Of a stretch of 64,000 nucleotides of DNA, positions 19,748 through 29,405 are shown piece by piece. Position numbers and translations under genes: made by a program. The stretch lies in assembly GCA_000004985.1 (NCBI GenBank), contig GG738845.1; one strand, 5' to 3'. Position 1 is the first letter of the stretch. Each line of letters begins with the position of its first letter. This DNA comes from Naegleria gruberi (taxonomy: Eukaryota). The notes beneath the pieces were generated by a model, which saw nothing but the letters and a program-made list of their open reading frames with translations, had not been told where the DNA came from and did no database searches.

Positions 19748-20962
19748 CTAGTCAATCAAGTCAACATTTGAAACGTCTTCAGTACTAAAGGGAGTTACAG
19801 GAGTTACAGCATCACTACTCGAATAATGGTTTTGTGATTTTTCTTCCTCCTCTTGCTCTTCCTCATCAACAACAGTTGCCACAAATGGTGTAACAACATC
19901 ATTACTCTGCTCTGTTCCTGAAAAAGGAGAAGTACTTCTTGTAAAGAGTGTAGAACTTTTAGGTCTATCTTCAACATCTTCATCACCGTTCGCTGGTGTG
20001 ACAACATTGGTTTTTGGAGGGGATTTATGAAGATCTTGAGCTGATTTAGTCATGGTTGCAGTGCCCAATCTATATGCCGTTGCAGGAACATTTGTAAAAG
20101 CATCCACAGTTAAAATCCTTGCAGCAGATGCGCCGTGAGGTGAATAAGTGTAAAAAGAATCCAAATTGGTTGGTGTTAAGGTTGTTGGTGTTGGTGGAAC
20201 ATGAAGAAAGTCTTGATAATCCTCCGATGTTACTTGAGAACCAAGTCTAATGAGCCTCAGAGTGACATCTTGGACGATCGTTACCTCCATCCAATGCCCC
20301 ACCATGATCGAATTTGAAACAGTTTGTTTGAATTTATAATAAACCACCCACTCCAATCCATATTTCAATAATTTTTCATTTTCCTTCTCCAACATTTTCC
20401 TTATCCTCGTTTTTACATTCTTATCATATCGCCTCATATATCTCATCTTTAGTAGTGGTGCAATGTAAATTAAAAAGACAAATATGAAACCTCCAATGAA
20501 AAAAGTGAAAATGAATAAGAAAATAAATAGTATCAACATGATATAATAGAATCGATCATATTGTTCCATTCTAGTTTCATAATGTTTCAAAATAAAATTG
20601 AGAGGTGAAATAATACTTTCATTGGCAGTTGAAAAGAAATCCTCTGCATTTGGAATTCCTTCTCCACTCAATTCCTCAATCAGTATTCTTGATGGCCGTA
20701 TCGTTAATGGTGATCCACAAAATTTCCTTGTACCCTCATAGACAATTTCCATCTGAGGTCCACCAAATGGATATTGCTTAATGTTAGTAGAGTTGTTTAA
20801 AAATCGAGAACTTGATACAGCCGAATCGGAACGAAGAATGGGATGTTTTATAAAACTCTGATTGGGTACTAATAAGGATGCATGGCTGAGTGAGGGCACA
20901 AAGAGTGAAAAGTTAGATTTCGAAGAACCTGCATCCGTGGCAGTTGTGGTTGTTGTGGTCAT
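19748..20962 (-). CDS. Hypothetical single-pass membrane protein (404 aa), poly-Thr N-terminus, acidic C-terminus
   Basis: Minus ORF with ATG at 20960-20962 (aaaaaacaATGacc). One strongly hydrophobic segment reads FYYIMLILFIFLFIFTFFIGGFIFVFLIYIAPLL. No family recognised. Confidence 0.4.
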   Translation of the reverse strand: MTTTTTTATDAGSSKSNFSLFVPSLSHASLLVPNQSFIKHPILRSDSAVSSSRFLNNSTNIKQYPFGGPQMEIVYEGTRKFCGSPLTIRPSRILIEELSGEGIPNAEDFFSTANESIISPLNFILKHYETRMEQYDRFYYIMLILFIFLFIFTFFIGGFIFVFLIYIAPLLKMRYMRRYDKNVKTRIRKMLEKENEKLLKYGLEWVVYYKFKQTVSNSIMVGHWMEVTIVQDVTLRLIRLGSQVTSEDYQDFLHVPPTPTTLTPTNLDSFYTYSPHGASAARILTVDAFTNVPATAYRLGTATMTKSAQDLHKSPPKTNVVTPANGDEDVEDRPKSSTLFTRSTSPFSGTEQSNDVVTPFVATVVDEEEQEEEEKSQNHYSSSDAVTPVTPFSTEDVSNVDLID

Positions 20963-21302
20963 TGTTTTTTATGAATGATGTGAAGGATGATAATTTAGAG
21001 TGTGGTGGTTTTGGGGGTGTTGATGAACCTGTTGTTAACATGAACAGGTTTGGTGTTTTTTTACAAGTATGAATTCGTCGGTTATTCTGTTATTGAGGAA
21101 CAATGATTGACGAACTGAGATTTGACAAAGTTGTTAACAACCAACTGCACTGGCAAGTTGTTTTTGTTAGGTGTGCGCTGTTAGCATGCTATTTGTTATT
21201 TAACATATTTAGAAAGATAACTTCATTGCTACCAATAATCTTTCCAATTCAATCATTGTCATATAGAATAGTTATTATTTTAAACTGTGGCGGGAAAGAA
21301 AA
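20963..21302. promoter_or_regulatory. Divergent intergenic region, presumably a bidirectional promoter
   Basis: A 340-bp spacer between head-to-head genes with start codons at 20962 (minus) and 21303 (plus). Confidence 0.25.
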
Positions 21303-23198
21303 ATGATTTGCAAATGGCGCCAAAACATGTACAAAAAAATGTTTCAATTCCCTCAGAGCAGAGAAGATTTCATGCTCTTTGTTCAGCAGGTGGCGAGGGA
21401 GGATGTAAAGAAGTGTCTGGCTGGTATCACAACCACTCATCCCGAGTTGGTGCAACAATTTGTGAGTGTTTCACCAAAGCAACAACCCTCTCCGACACTT
21501 TATCAACAACCTCCTTTCATACAACAGCAACCTGTAATATCTAATAATCAACCATCTTCATCTCCTCCTCCAAAATTCTCCTCTTATTCAACCACACCAG
21601 CAACTAGTAATCAGGAATATACATCACATCTTTCTAGAAATGTCTCAACGAATCAAAATACAGCTCCTTCTCAAACTAAGAATAATCCAACACCAAACTC
21701 TAATCATCAACAACATGTAAATACTCCCAACAGATCCAGCACAACAACTCCAAAAACAGTGTCACCCAATAGTAAGCGAGTTCAACCACCAGTAGCTGCA
21801 ACAAATAAATCTGCATTGAAAGACAAGTCGCCCTCGCCTAATGAAAAGGTGAAGAAATCACCAACAGAAGGAAAACAGGTGACAATCTCCGAGAGACTAC
21901 TAAAGCCAACCATATCAATGCAGAAAAAGTTTGAAAAAGGTCAAGTTAAAAAGCCAACTTCTGAAAAACAATTTAAGGACCTAAGAAAGGAGCAAAACAA
22001 GTCAACTTCCTTATTATTAAAGAAGAAACCTATTACTCCAAAGAAGGATGCTAAAAAATCGAGCCCAAAACAAAATATTTCAAAAACTGTCTCTAACGAA
22101 AGTAATATCAGCACAGCAGAAAGGGAACAGGAAAATTCTGAAGACGAATCAAACATTGACAATTCTCAAGAAGAGGAATATCATGAAGAAATTATTGAAA
22201 CCAATTTGGATATTAGTAATATTTCGAATGATCCTTCAGAATCATATCATTCAAATGAATCTCAATCAACAACACCTAAGAAATCTCAACCTGCTTCAGC
22301 AAGTTCTTCACCTAAAAATCAGAATTCTTCCACGAATTCCATCCAACAACCTCCATCACCAAAAATATCACCTAAGAGAGAAGTTTCTCAGCCAGTAATT
22401 GTGAATCAATCAAACAGTGTACAATCCAAACCTTCCGAAAAATCCCTTATTTCCAATCAAACTCAACCCATCAACAGGACAAGTCCAACAAAAAGCAACA
22501 CCACAAATAACAATTCTGAACAGCCATCAATTTCTTCAATTTCAAATCATTCGAATAATCCTCAATACGATCAATTGGAAGAGATGGTTCTTAATGACCT
22601 CCTCAACGAGCTTGTAAGAGAAGAACACTTGGCAAACAAGAAACGAGCTCATCAAGAAATCAAACTGATTGAAAAAAAGAATCAACAAAACGACAAGTAT
22701 GACGAAATTCTAAAGCTATTAACTCAATTAGAACAGGACGAACAGTCGATACGAAAGAGATTTACGAATAAGAATTATTTATTGGACAGCACAATGAATA
22801 GTGAGACAAGTACAAGTACAACAGAGGAGGTGGGCGAGGAGGGGACATATGATGGGCTTGGTGTAGAAACTATCAAAACTATTCAAAAATTCAAAAGAAG
22901 AAACAAGAAATATTTTGAAGCGTTTTGTAGACCTCACGATTTATCTATTGATACTTTAATGCAAGTGTAAGTAATTCTTAATACTTTTTCCAGTTTAAAA
23001 AATTAAAAGAATTGGAGAGGATATTTTGAAGGAGGTTATTGCTGATGTTTGTGACGAATTCTCTGATGCCATGTCAGATATTGTTAAAAACACAGCCGCT
23101 CAAGAATTTGGAATGAATGAAACATCTTCAGATATTTCATCATCAATGAATAGGACAAATGATGAAGACCTTTCTACCACATTAAAATCGTCCTTGTA
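21303..23198 (+). CDS. Hypothetical Ser/Pro/Asn/Thr-rich low-complexity protein with a C-terminal coiled coil. Exon 1 21303..22966, intron 22967..23009 (43 nt, GTAAGT...AAAAG), exon 2 23010..23198
   Basis: ORF-track piece 21303..22970 ends at a GTAAGT donor. A phase-2 splice joins an open 62-codon exon (V)IGEDILKEVIADVCDEFSDAMSDIVKNTAAQEFGMNE...TTLKSSL. The N-terminal region about 50 aa long (EDFMLFVQQVAREDVKKCLAGITTTHPELVQQF) is the only non-repetitive part. Confidence 0.4.
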
Positions 23199-23626
23199 AT
23201 CCTGTTATTTCTTTGTTGAAGGGACGATCTTATTAAAAGACAAAAAACGTCTGTGAGCGTTACAATGAATACTAAATGTTACAGATGTTTCAGAATTAAC
23301 TTATCTGGGTCTTAAAAGTACCAAATAAGTTAGCCATTTTCTGTACAAACATCGGTTCAAAATTCTTCGATTTCTTTCATTAAAATATCAAAATAAAAAC
23401 GCTTAATTGTTGTGATAGTATTTAATTCACAAGTGGAGGGAACTTTTAGTGCGCCATTTATTTTATCATTACACAATTAGGCTGCAGTTGACGACATTAT
23501 AATAGTATAAAAAACAACAGACAAACAAGCTAGTTTGCTGGCTTTTATATTATATACTATTAAAGAACATTGATAGAGTAACAGTAATATAGTAGTAGAG
23601 TAAATTAATGAATTACAAATACAATA

Positions 23627-26443
23627 ATGGGTTCAGCACTCTCAACTCGGTACCCCTCATCAGGCTCTGAAACATCATCATCTTCGGTAAACCACACCCC
23701 TCGAGAGAGTAGAGTGGTGGTTGTTGCCAAGAGAGCCAATTCAACTCCAAACCTTAAAAGCGACTTGAATGCTTCACCTACAAATTTTTCCTCATCAAAC
23801 AATGTGGCCAATAGTGCCACCACTGTTAATACCTCTCCAACATCTTCAATGAATAATAATATATCACCTTCAATGAATCAATTTAAATTTCCAAGACATG
23901 GAGCGAATGGTTCTCGGTCATCTTCATTCACGAGAAGCATTCATGGAGGTACAATATCAACAGCAACTTCTGCTGTACAGAATGCCAACTCTGGTTCATG
24001 CAATAACATCCCTTATTCAAACAATAATAATTTTGATACAACATCAATGGCATCTATTCAGCCATCAGTTATCACAACAAGTAATATAAAACTTCAAGCT
24101 CATGAATCTGCAATATCATTACTAAGGTTCAGTCCAGGTGTAGCAAGAACTCCATCGCCCGACAATACATCAGATGCTCTAAGCTCACCAAAATCTATTG
24201 AACAATTAGTCGATAATACCCACATTTTTACAACAAGTAATCCAAGTATCGTAAGTTCTATTGGAAATAATCAGTCTCCTTCCCCTCCTACATTAAGCTA
24301 TTCCAACACTCCAACAGGAACCACGATAAGTCCTTTTAATAGTGGAAGTTGTTCCACTCCTCCTGTTCCTTCTGTTTCCACCCCACCTACTGTCACCTCT
24401 ACTTCATTGCCTCCAATTCACCCTCAAACAATTTCTGGGTTTAATAGTGTTTCAAGTCCAAATAATGTCAATTCTGCCTCCAATACTGCCTCTCCAACTC
24501 ATTTCACATTTCCTTCACACACTCCAACTCTTTATCCCATTCAAACGGAGAGCAATTCTTTACCGAGTATTGACAGAGTATCTACTCCTAATAGATATAG
24601 GCATATTCCACCGAATGCTTTTGCAGCTTTTAATTCAAACAGAAGAGGATCAGTCACTAATCCTATTGTACCTGTTGCTATTGTTGAAAATAACAATTCA
24701 GGGACCTCACATTCAATTGAAGTGACCAATTCTTTTTCGTCTCTTTCACAATGGGGCGGAATTAATGAGGAAATTATTCTTCCTGAAACACAGAAAATGA
24801 ATGAATACAATAAGGAACTTAAAAAACAGGTTAAAAGCACCATTAGTCCAGAGGATTTAACTAGATTGGAAATTGGTGACAATAGCGATATTCTCATTCA
24901 AATGCTTCTTTATAATCCAATAGCAACAGTAATCACAGATTTGGACGGGAATATTATTGTGATGAACGAACCCTTTAAGCAACTATTCAGAGTGGATGAT
25001 CCAGAAACCATTACAAGCATTTCAATATTCATTCCTAAAGAATACAGAAAATTTCATGAAAAGATTCTTAGAAAATATAAGAAAAAGAACAGACCAAAGA
25101 TTAAGAGAGTAACGTTGGGATTAACACAATATGGTGACAAAATTCCAATATCCATATCAGTCACCTCTTCTGAGCTTCAAAGTTCTGGAAAACCTGTCTA
25201 TATTTGTTTTATCAAGGATCTTACAAGTGAATTCAAACTTAACACCCTAGACGTCATGTATCAAAATGTTACAGGACTTTCTTCTATTCCTATCATTGGT
25301 ATAGACCAAGATTGTAGAATTACATTATTTAATCATGCAGCCGAAGAGACTTGGATGATTAGTAAAACAGAGGTACTCGAAAATAATGTTAAAATTCTAA
25401 TGCCAGAGGCAACAGGAAAGGTGCATGACAAATTTGTGACTGAGTATATTATTGGTAAAAGAGAAAAATCAGTCATTGACAAAGTTAAGCAAGTCATTGG
25501 AAGAAGAGTTGGAAATGGCAAAGAATTCCCACTAGAAATTAAGGTGGCTGAGGTTAAGCACGAACTCAACAACAAGAGATCATTCGTTGCATTTTTAAGA
25601 GATTTAACAGCTGTCATGACTGCAAGAGAGTTTCAGTTGACTCTTTACCCAGAAAAAGTTGTAAATATGTTAGAGTCAGGAGAAAGAACTATTCACCATC
25701 ACCACACTTGTGCCAGTGTTTTGTTTTGTGATATTGTTGGTTTTACAGAAATATCTAGACAAATGGAAAGTAATGAATTGGTGATGATTTTGGATGAAAT
25801 TATTTCAATGTTCGACAATCATCTGTTAAGCAAATACAGAATTGAAAAGATTAAAACAATGGGTGACAATTATATGTGTGCAACTGGACTGGATGACAGT
25901 ACTGACCATGCGAATAATATTGTTGAGGCTGCTATTGAAATGCAAAAATTAATGCATGAATTTAATGAGAGACATGCCGAATTGAGACTTAGATTTCCAG
26001 ATCATTGCAACAATTTTGGACAAGTTATTTCTGTAAGAGTTGGTGTTAATTCGGGAGATTTAGTAGCAGGTATTGTTGGTAACAGAAAACCAGTTTATGA
26101 TGTTTTTGGAGATAATGTCAATCTTGCCTCAAGAATGGAAAGTTCAGGAATTGAATCACAAGTCCAAATCACTCCAAAAACATATAGCTTATTGAAAAAT
26201 GAATTGAAACAATATTTTACAATAAGAAGGGATAACAAGGTTAAAGGTATTGGTCTAATGGATACGTACATTACAAATCTCTCCCCCGAAAGTTTTGATA
26301 TGAAAAGTGCAAGAATTAATTCTCGTCACGCTCATCAAAACTCTGGAATACCTAATATTGGAGATATTGATGAGCATTCATTCTCTCTAACATCCACTTC
26401 CATTGAAGACGATATTGATGGAGTTGAACATTCGAATTTATAA
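23627..26443 (+). CDS. N-myristoylated PAS-PAS class III adenylyl cyclase (single CHD catalytic domain), 938 aa
   Basis: The N-terminus MGSALSTR carries the N-myristoylation consensus Gly2/Ser6. A long Ser/Thr/Pro/Asn-rich linker follows. There are two PAS-like segments (LIQMLLYNPIATVITDLDGNIIVMNEPFKQLF... and VTGLSSIPIIGIDQDCRITLFNHAAEETWMISKTEVLENN...). The cyclase domain reads TCASVLFCDIVGFTEISRQ...YRIEKIKTMGDNYMCATGL...VRVGVNSGDLVAGIVGNRKPVYDVFGDNVNLASRMESSG. The Lys in EKIKT and the Asp in YDVFG indicate ATP specificity. Confidence 0.8.
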   Translation: MGSALSTRYPSSGSETSSSSVNHTPRESRVVVVAKRANSTPNLKSDLNASPTNFSSSNNVANSATTVNTSPTSSMNNNISPSMNQFKFPRHGANGSRSSSFTRSIHGGTISTATSAVQNANSGSCNNIPYSNNNNFDTTSMASIQPSVITTSNIKLQAHESAISLLRFSPGVARTPSPDNTSDALSSPKSIEQLVDNTHIFTTSNPSIVSSIGNNQSPSPPTLSYSNTPTGTTISPFNSGSCSTPPVPSVSTPPTVTSTSLPPIHPQTISGFNSVSSPNNVNSASNTASPTHFTFPSHTPTLYPIQTESNSLPSIDRVSTPNRYRHIPPNAFAAFNSNRRGSVTNPIVPVAIVENNNSGTSHSIEVTNSFSSLSQWGGINEEIILPETQKMNEYNKELKKQVKSTISPEDLTRLEIGDNSDILIQMLLYNPIATVITDLDGNIIVMNEPFKQLFRVDDPETITSISIFIPKEYRKFHEKILRKYKKKNRPKIKRVTLGLTQYGDKIPISISVTSSELQSSGKPVYICFIKDLTSEFKLNTLDVMYQNVTGLSSIPIIGIDQDCRITLFNHAAEETWMISKTEVLENNVKILMPEATGKVHDKFVTEYIIGKREKSVIDKVKQVIGRRVGNGKEFPLEIKVAEVKHELNNKRSFVAFLRDLTAVMTAREFQLTLYPEKVVNMLESGERTIHHHHTCASVLFCDIVGFTEISRQMESNELVMILDEIISMFDNHLLSKYRIEKIKTMGDNYMCATGLDDSTDHANNIVEAAIEMQKLMHEFNERHAELRLRFPDHCNNFGQVISVRVGVNSGDLVAGIVGNRKPVYDVFGDNVNLASRMESSGIESQVQITPKTYSLLKNELKQYFTIRRDNKVKGIGLMDTYITNLSPESFDMKSARINSRHAHQNSGIPNIGDIDEHSFSLTSTSIEDDIDGVEHSNL

Positions 26444-26496
26444 ATTATTAATTTTCCATGTTAATTATTATTCTAAAAAAAAGAATTTATTAAAAA

Positions 26497-26808
26497 ATGC
26501 AACAAGTTGATGATAATTCATCGGATGAATATGATGACATTCACTTGGTGTTCGACATTCCGGATTTTAATTTAATTGAAAATTTAAAATTTGAAAAGTA
26601 TTCAATTATTGGGATGGACACTGATAGACCAATGGTGAAAATCGACAATTTTATATTTGAAGGAAAATTTGAAAATTTACTATCGGATACTGCTATTTGT
26701 GTTGAACAATATCAATCGGACGACCATCACCATCATAAACCGACTGTTATTTCCACAAGAACTATATTAAAATTGAACAGAGTATTAATTGGACCAAAAA
26801 AGCTTTAA
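26497..26808 (+). CDS. TFIIIC subunit 6 (GTF3C6 / tau55-related) homolog
   Basis: IHLVFDIPDFNLIENLKFEKYSIIGMDTDRPMVKIDNFIFEGKFENLLSDTAICVEQ aligns with human GTF3C6 QLVLVELSGIIDSDFLSKCENKCKVLGIDTERPILQVDSCVFAGEYEDTLGTCVIFEE. Confidence 0.6.
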   Translation: MQQVDDNSSDEYDDIHLVFDIPDFNLIENLKFEKYSIIGMDTDRPMVKIDNFIFEGKFENLLSDTAICVEQYQSDDHHHHKPTVISTRTILKLNRVLIGPKKL

Positions 26809-26983
26809 TGGACAAGTTTTATCAATTGATTTTCAATACACCACACATAGAAGGAAATATTGAAACTATATGAGCATGGCCAAATGAAACATTTCAAAAA
26901 TACTAGTAGAGAAACAACATCTTCAATTAATTGATGATGAAGAATTGTTTCAATTTTGATATTAATAAAATTAATAAGAAAAA

Positions 26984-28192
26984 ATGAGCAACAACCAACA
27001 AGGAAATTACATTAATTTTCGGCCTTCATCATCAAATAATGGTGGCGGAGGTAGTTATGGTGGATCATCATCATCATCCTCCTCTAAGAAACAACACAAA
27101 TATCCAAAACGTCTGAGTCAAAATCAAGAAAAGACTAAATCATCATCAGGAAGTGAAAATATTTATCGACCACAACTTGCTGCACCAAGCAATGCACCAC
27201 TTCCATCAGCAGAAGAAATGTATAATAGTAGAACTAATCAAGATAGAGACACTAGAAACAAATCACCTATTAAACCGTTAAGAAATTTCAACAATTGGGT
27301 TAAAGGAGTATTGATCCATAAATACGTACCAACACAATCAACAGTTTTGGATATTAGTTGCGGAAAGGGAGGTGATTTATTTAAATATCACTTTCGTAAT
27401 ATCAAGAATTATGTTGGTGTAGATATTGCTCTTTCATCTCTTGTAGATTGTATTAACAGATATAATGAAAATTCAACACAATTTAAATTTCCAATGTCTC
27501 TAGTTCATGCTGATGTAGGAAGGGTATGTATTTTGATTTATTTATTATTTTGAACTTTTTAGAGATCAATTGAATCAGCTTTACCTAGAGGACTGCTCTT
27601 CGATGCTGTCAGTTGTCAATTTGCTGTTCACTACATGTTTGATGCTGAAGAGCATGCTAGAACTCTCTTGAGAAACGTTTCTGAGAGATTGAAAATTGGT
27701 GGTAAATTTATTGTCACAACGTCAGATGCCTATGTTCTTGTAAAAATGTTAAGGGCAGCTCAAGGCCTTACTCTTAAGAATGAGGTGTTCGAAGCAACTT
27801 TCCATTGCACTAGTGAAAAATCATTCCCTCAAACATTTGGTAATCGTTATGATTTCCAATTAGTAGATGCTGTTGATAGATGTGCTGAATATCTTGTTCC
27901 TCCAAAACATTTCATTGATTTGGCCAAGGAACATAATTTGTCCCTTGTTGAACATTTGAATTTCCATGATTTTTATCAAAAGTATGGCAGTAATCAAGAA
28001 ACTAAGGTAAATGTTAAACCAGAACTCAAATTGGAAGGTATGACAGAAGATCAATGGACTGCCATCTATTTGTACAGAGCTTTTGTTTTTGAAAAGATTG
28101 GAGATGACACCTCACTAGTTCAAGATTATCAATTTAATCAACCTTCAGGATATAGAAAACTTTCTGAATCTGACATTATCTCACTTAAATAA
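26984..28192 (+). CDS. rnmt: mRNA cap guanine-N7 methyltransferase (RNMT/Abd1). Exon 1 26984..27523, intron 27524..27562 (39 nt, GTATGT...TTTTTTAG), exon 2 27563..28192
   Basis: LRNFNNWVKGVLIHKYVPTQSTVLDISCGKGGDLFKY (the SAM-binding VLDLGCGKGGDL motif), then FDAVSCQFAVHYMFDAEEHARTLLRNVSERLKIGGKFIVTTSDA, FGNRYDFQL and WTAIYLYRAFVFEK. All are collinear with human RNMT. The phase-0 splice joins ORF-track pieces 26984..27553 and 27635..28192. Confidence 0.85.
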
Positions 28193-28393
28193 ACACCCTA
28201 GTATTTTGTTAACTTGAACTTCAATTCTAAATTAAAACCATCAAGACCATTTAATATCCACGACAATTATAACCTACAACAACCTTCATACAGAAAACAA
28301 CTTTATTTTTACCTCAAGGTTCACCTTTGTAGTTGAAATAAAGTCATTGAGTGCACTTTGAAATCTCTATCAACAAGTAAGAAAAAAAAAACA

Positions 28394-29278
28394 ATGAGCA
28401 AGAACTTCAACTTTAGATCTGAGAAAGTGTCGTCATCCAGTACTGCTTCCACCAGTGGTAGTAGCAGTGGCAACAAGAAGGATGTTACCAAGACAAGTTC
28501 TATGTTTAAATCGACCAAGCCAACTGAAAATAATTCAACAACCACCACTATTACATATAAGGACATGCCAATAACTTTCAAAAAGGAAGATGTCGAAGTG
28601 ATATCGAACAGTGGCATTGTTCTCATCAAGACTTTTAGAAATCATCCAAACCTCCAACAAGATTTAATTAATTACTGCCTCAGTGCATTGAGAGGAAATG
28701 AGGAGGGCATAACTGGAACTGAATTTCCTACCGATGAAACAACCTTTCAAAAGTGTTTCCTCGACATTCCATTCGAACAATTCAACTCTAAATTTGCCGA
28801 CATTATTTGTGGAGCAGCCATGAAAGTAGCCAAAGAACATTGCAAAATATTACAAGACTATCAAGATGATTTCCGTATAGCTCAACTATGCTACTATACC
28901 AATAAGGGAAAGCTAGGATGGCACAGAGATAGAATTAGTGGATTAACCCCAGAGGAGCAACATTTAATAGTAAGTCCTGTGGTATCCATGTCTTTAGGCA
29001 ATGATTCTATATTCAGTTACAAACTCAATACTATCAATGAAACCACTGGAAAATTAGAATATGGAACGGAAGCCATCGATCTTCAATTGAAATCTGGAGA
29101 TATTCTCATCTTTGGAGCCACTCAACGAATGTTCTATCACTGTGTTAAAAGAATTATTCCATCAACCAATCACCACAAACTGGATATGGACGGATTGAGT
29201 GGGAGAATTAATATCACACTAAGGGAGGGAACTTACTATCCAGAAAACATTGGTGCTCCAACTGCAAACTTGTTTTAA
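28394..29278 (+). CDS. AlkB-family Fe(II)/2-oxoglutarate dioxygenase (nucleic-acid demethylase or repair enzyme); subfamily not assigned
   Basis: GWHRDRIS (the HxD iron ligands), PVVSMSLGNDSIFSY, GDILIFGATQRMFYHCV (the second His) and RINITLRE (the 2OG-binding Arg) are collinear with E. coli AlkB (LHQDKDE...PIVSVSLG...GDVVVWGGESRLFYHGI...RYNLTFR). The ATG is at 28394 (aaaacaATG). Confidence 0.7.
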   Translation: MSKNFNFRSEKVSSSSTASTSGSSSGNKKDVTKTSSMFKSTKPTENNSTTTTITYKDMPITFKKEDVEVISNSGIVLIKTFRNHPNLQQDLINYCLSALRGNEEGITGTEFPTDETTFQKCFLDIPFEQFNSKFADIICGAAMKVAKEHCKILQDYQDDFRIAQLCYYTNKGKLGWHRDRISGLTPEEQHLIVSPVVSMSLGNDSIFSYKLNTINETTGKLEYGTEAIDLQLKSGDILIFGATQRMFYHCVKRIIPSTNHHKLDMDGLSGRINITLREGTYYPENIGAPTANLF

Positions 29279-29405
29279 TAAACTCAAAGGTAGCACCTTC
29301 ATTCCCTGGCCAATTCGTTCTTTTTATTATCCATTCGAATTCAAATTGTTTAGTAAAGTTTCGAATGGTTCATGATGAGTGTGATGAAAGTTCTCTACAA
29401 AAAAA

